Of a DNA stretch of 64,000 nucleotides, positions 61,944 to 64,000 are shown piece after piece. Numbering within the stretch: position 1 is the stretch's first letter; every line of letters starts with the position of its first letter. The notes beneath the pieces were generated by a model. That model did no database searches, had not been told where the DNA came from, and saw only the letters and a program-made list of their open reading frames with translations. The position numbers and the translations under genes are program-made. The DNA comes from Perna viridis (lineage: Eukaryota): assembly GCA_037379345.1 (NCBI GenBank), contig CM074512.1, forward strand, positions 48,691,597 to 48,755,596, written 5' to 3'.

Positions 61944-62402
61944 GTATGTATACAGAGCCAGTTATTTTTTCTTTTTTTCTTTTCAGTTTTATGAATTTCA
62001 TTTTTGAAATTCCTCACAGTAAAACATGGATAGGCCATAGCCTACAATGTATATACATTTGTCACTTTAGTGTATAAATGAACTTCTACAATTGTACCAA
62101 TAACTACAGTATGTTTTCTGTACAACTATGTGTAACATAATTTCTTGAAAAAACTAGATATTTATCATAAATAATCTTTGATAGATATGACCCACGTATA
62201 TTTCAATAATTATGGTTTATTCAAAATAGCTAGATGATGCACAAAATGTAATAAAAAGAGTCAGTGCTTGAGAGATAATTTGGGTCTTTCTTTGTGTTTT
62301 CTGTGGCCTTCTCACTTTAGGGAAAGGTGGTCAAATTGAACATTCAGATTTCATTGTAATGCTGTAATGAACCTCAAAATTTTTTTTAAAAGACCTTTCT
62401 TC

Positions 62403-63070
62403 CTTATACCCCATCCACTTCAAACACTATTCTCAGGGGTAAATAAAGAAGGAAACATCAGTTCAGTCTGTTTGTCTGTTTGTCTCTGTGTTTGTATATG
62501 AAACTTGAAAGCGCAACTTCTATTGGGCTAAACAGATTGTTAAACACATTTTTCGGAATGTTATATTTTTAGGTGTCATACATGTACATGTATGTAGAAC
62601 TGTATGCATGAGGTTACATACCTAAAAAGGGAGATAATCCAACTTACTACAATTTGTAGGATATTTCGTTAAAATCTTGTAAGCTGAACTCCTTGACTAC
62701 TGAAAGGTTTTTGAATTTTTTTTTTTTGGGGGGGGGAATTTAGGCATCATAGTTTATATGCAGATGTGCAGGAAAGTAGAAATTTATTGCCTGAAACCTC
62801 CAAAGGGAGATCGTTTGGTTTTAGGATTTTATAATATCATGTACATTTGTAGATGTTTAAATGGTGTAAACTCCACTTCACATAAGTGACCTGAACTGTT
62901 CAGATTTTGATGAAACTTTGTGGAAGGTTAGGCATTATACATTGTATGTATATATGCATGGAGAAAGATGATTAATTTCAGGTCATTATCCAATTTAAGG
63001 ATTTTAGATGATGAAAGTCAACTTGATGTAGGGGTATTTACTTTATGAGCTTGCTGTCACTTTTTTAGTC
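62403..63070 (+). mobile_element. Helentron-associated (HINE-like) element in the TSC22D intron
   Basis: TTATACCCC...GGGGTAAATA, (GTCTGTTT)n, degenerate core repeats, terminal GTAGGGGTATT...TGAGCTTGCT. Confidence 0.55.
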
Positions 63071-64000
63071 TTTATACAAAAGATATGCAGTCCATTCTGT
63101 TTTCTGTCTAGGAAGTTCCGTGATACTGGTTAAAAGTTTGATTTGTATTTTGGGTTATTTTTGTTAATTTTAAATAGGCAAGATACAAATGTATTGACTA
63201 TAGTAATTTTTGACTTTTCCTCTAGGTTTTTTGTTAGTCATATAAAGGTATGGCTCTGTAATCTACTATGTCATTGTTCATGCACTTGCCAGGTGGTTTT
63301 CTTGCAATGTAGTGTAAGTCAATGGATCTGTGTAAAATTCAAACAGAAGGTTATTTACATCAATAGATGGGTTGATATTAATTTTTGAAATTGTTGCCTA
63401 AATGGTTTTTGAGATAAGGGCTGTATAAAAATTTTAAACCAGTATTTTATATGTACTTCATTTTCATTGTCATTTGCTTATTCAGTCAGTGGGACAATTG
63501 AGTAATATAATCTCCTAATGTTTGTGATGATGTTATCTCTTCTTGTTTGTTTAAGCAAGATACAATTTGTACTGTACATGTACATGTACAAAAATGTACA
63601 GGAGTAATTTACTTACATACATGTACATGTAAGTGGTCCTACATTTTATGTACAAAATGTACATGTATGATGTACTTATTTAAAAGTTCATGCTTAAACT
63701 GTGTGTCACCCAAACCTAGAAAAAGAAATTTAAGTTTTGCTATGGTGACTCCTCTTATATGTACATGTACAATGAATGATATTGTTCATTTAGTTTCGGT
63801 TTGCTGTTTTTTTGGCTATAAGCCCTACACTGTATGCCTAAAGTCTGAAAAAAATAGATTGACCTATTGGATATGCAGTGGAATTGTTATTTTTTTTTTA
63901 TCTATTACAAAAGTTTTTCACCATACATGACCATACTATAGCATGGTAATTGTCAATTGAAATAACAATTTAACATTCAGAAAAAATGCACTACATGTGT

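Noticed and set aside
61944-62007. Phe-rich C-terminus of the 419-aa ORF
   Set aside because: Intron read-through after the AG|gtatgt donor.

Overview
Eukaryotic, AT-rich, intron-rich animal DNA; the repeat landscape looks like a bivalve mollusc, probably a Mytilus-type mussel (inference from recalled repeat families, not a database hit). Three protein-coding genes can be reconstructed by hand from GT-AG junctions and reading-frame phase. (1) + strand, 116-43316: the last 21 coding exons of a FARP1/FARP2 (Cdep) orthologue (end of FERM, FA, DH, PH, PH); the 5' exons lie upstream of the window. (2) - strand, 55093-50715: a complete 4-exon, 114-aa TMEM254 orthologue that the ORF track misses. 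(3) + strand, 60748-61943: the long first coding exon of a TSC22D/bunched-A gene; the TSC-box/leucine-zipper exons were not found in the window. The most striking feature is FARP exon 4. It has two in-phase internal splice donors (9335/9336, 10994/10995) but otherwise reads on for 981 codons to a stop. One gene can therefore apparently make a FERM-DH-PH-PH GEF, a longer GEF, or a GEF-less FERM-FA protein with a huge disordered tail, the architecture of vertebrate FRMD7. Two tandem repeats have duplicated FARP splice sites, and a 264-bp highly structured insertion flanked by a 12-bp target-site duplication sits in TMEM254 intron 1. The rest is MITEs, Helentron-like elements, SINE remnants, and decayed Penelope-like and RTE retroelements. 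I found no prokaryote-type systems, CRISPR arrays, tRNA or rRNA genes.
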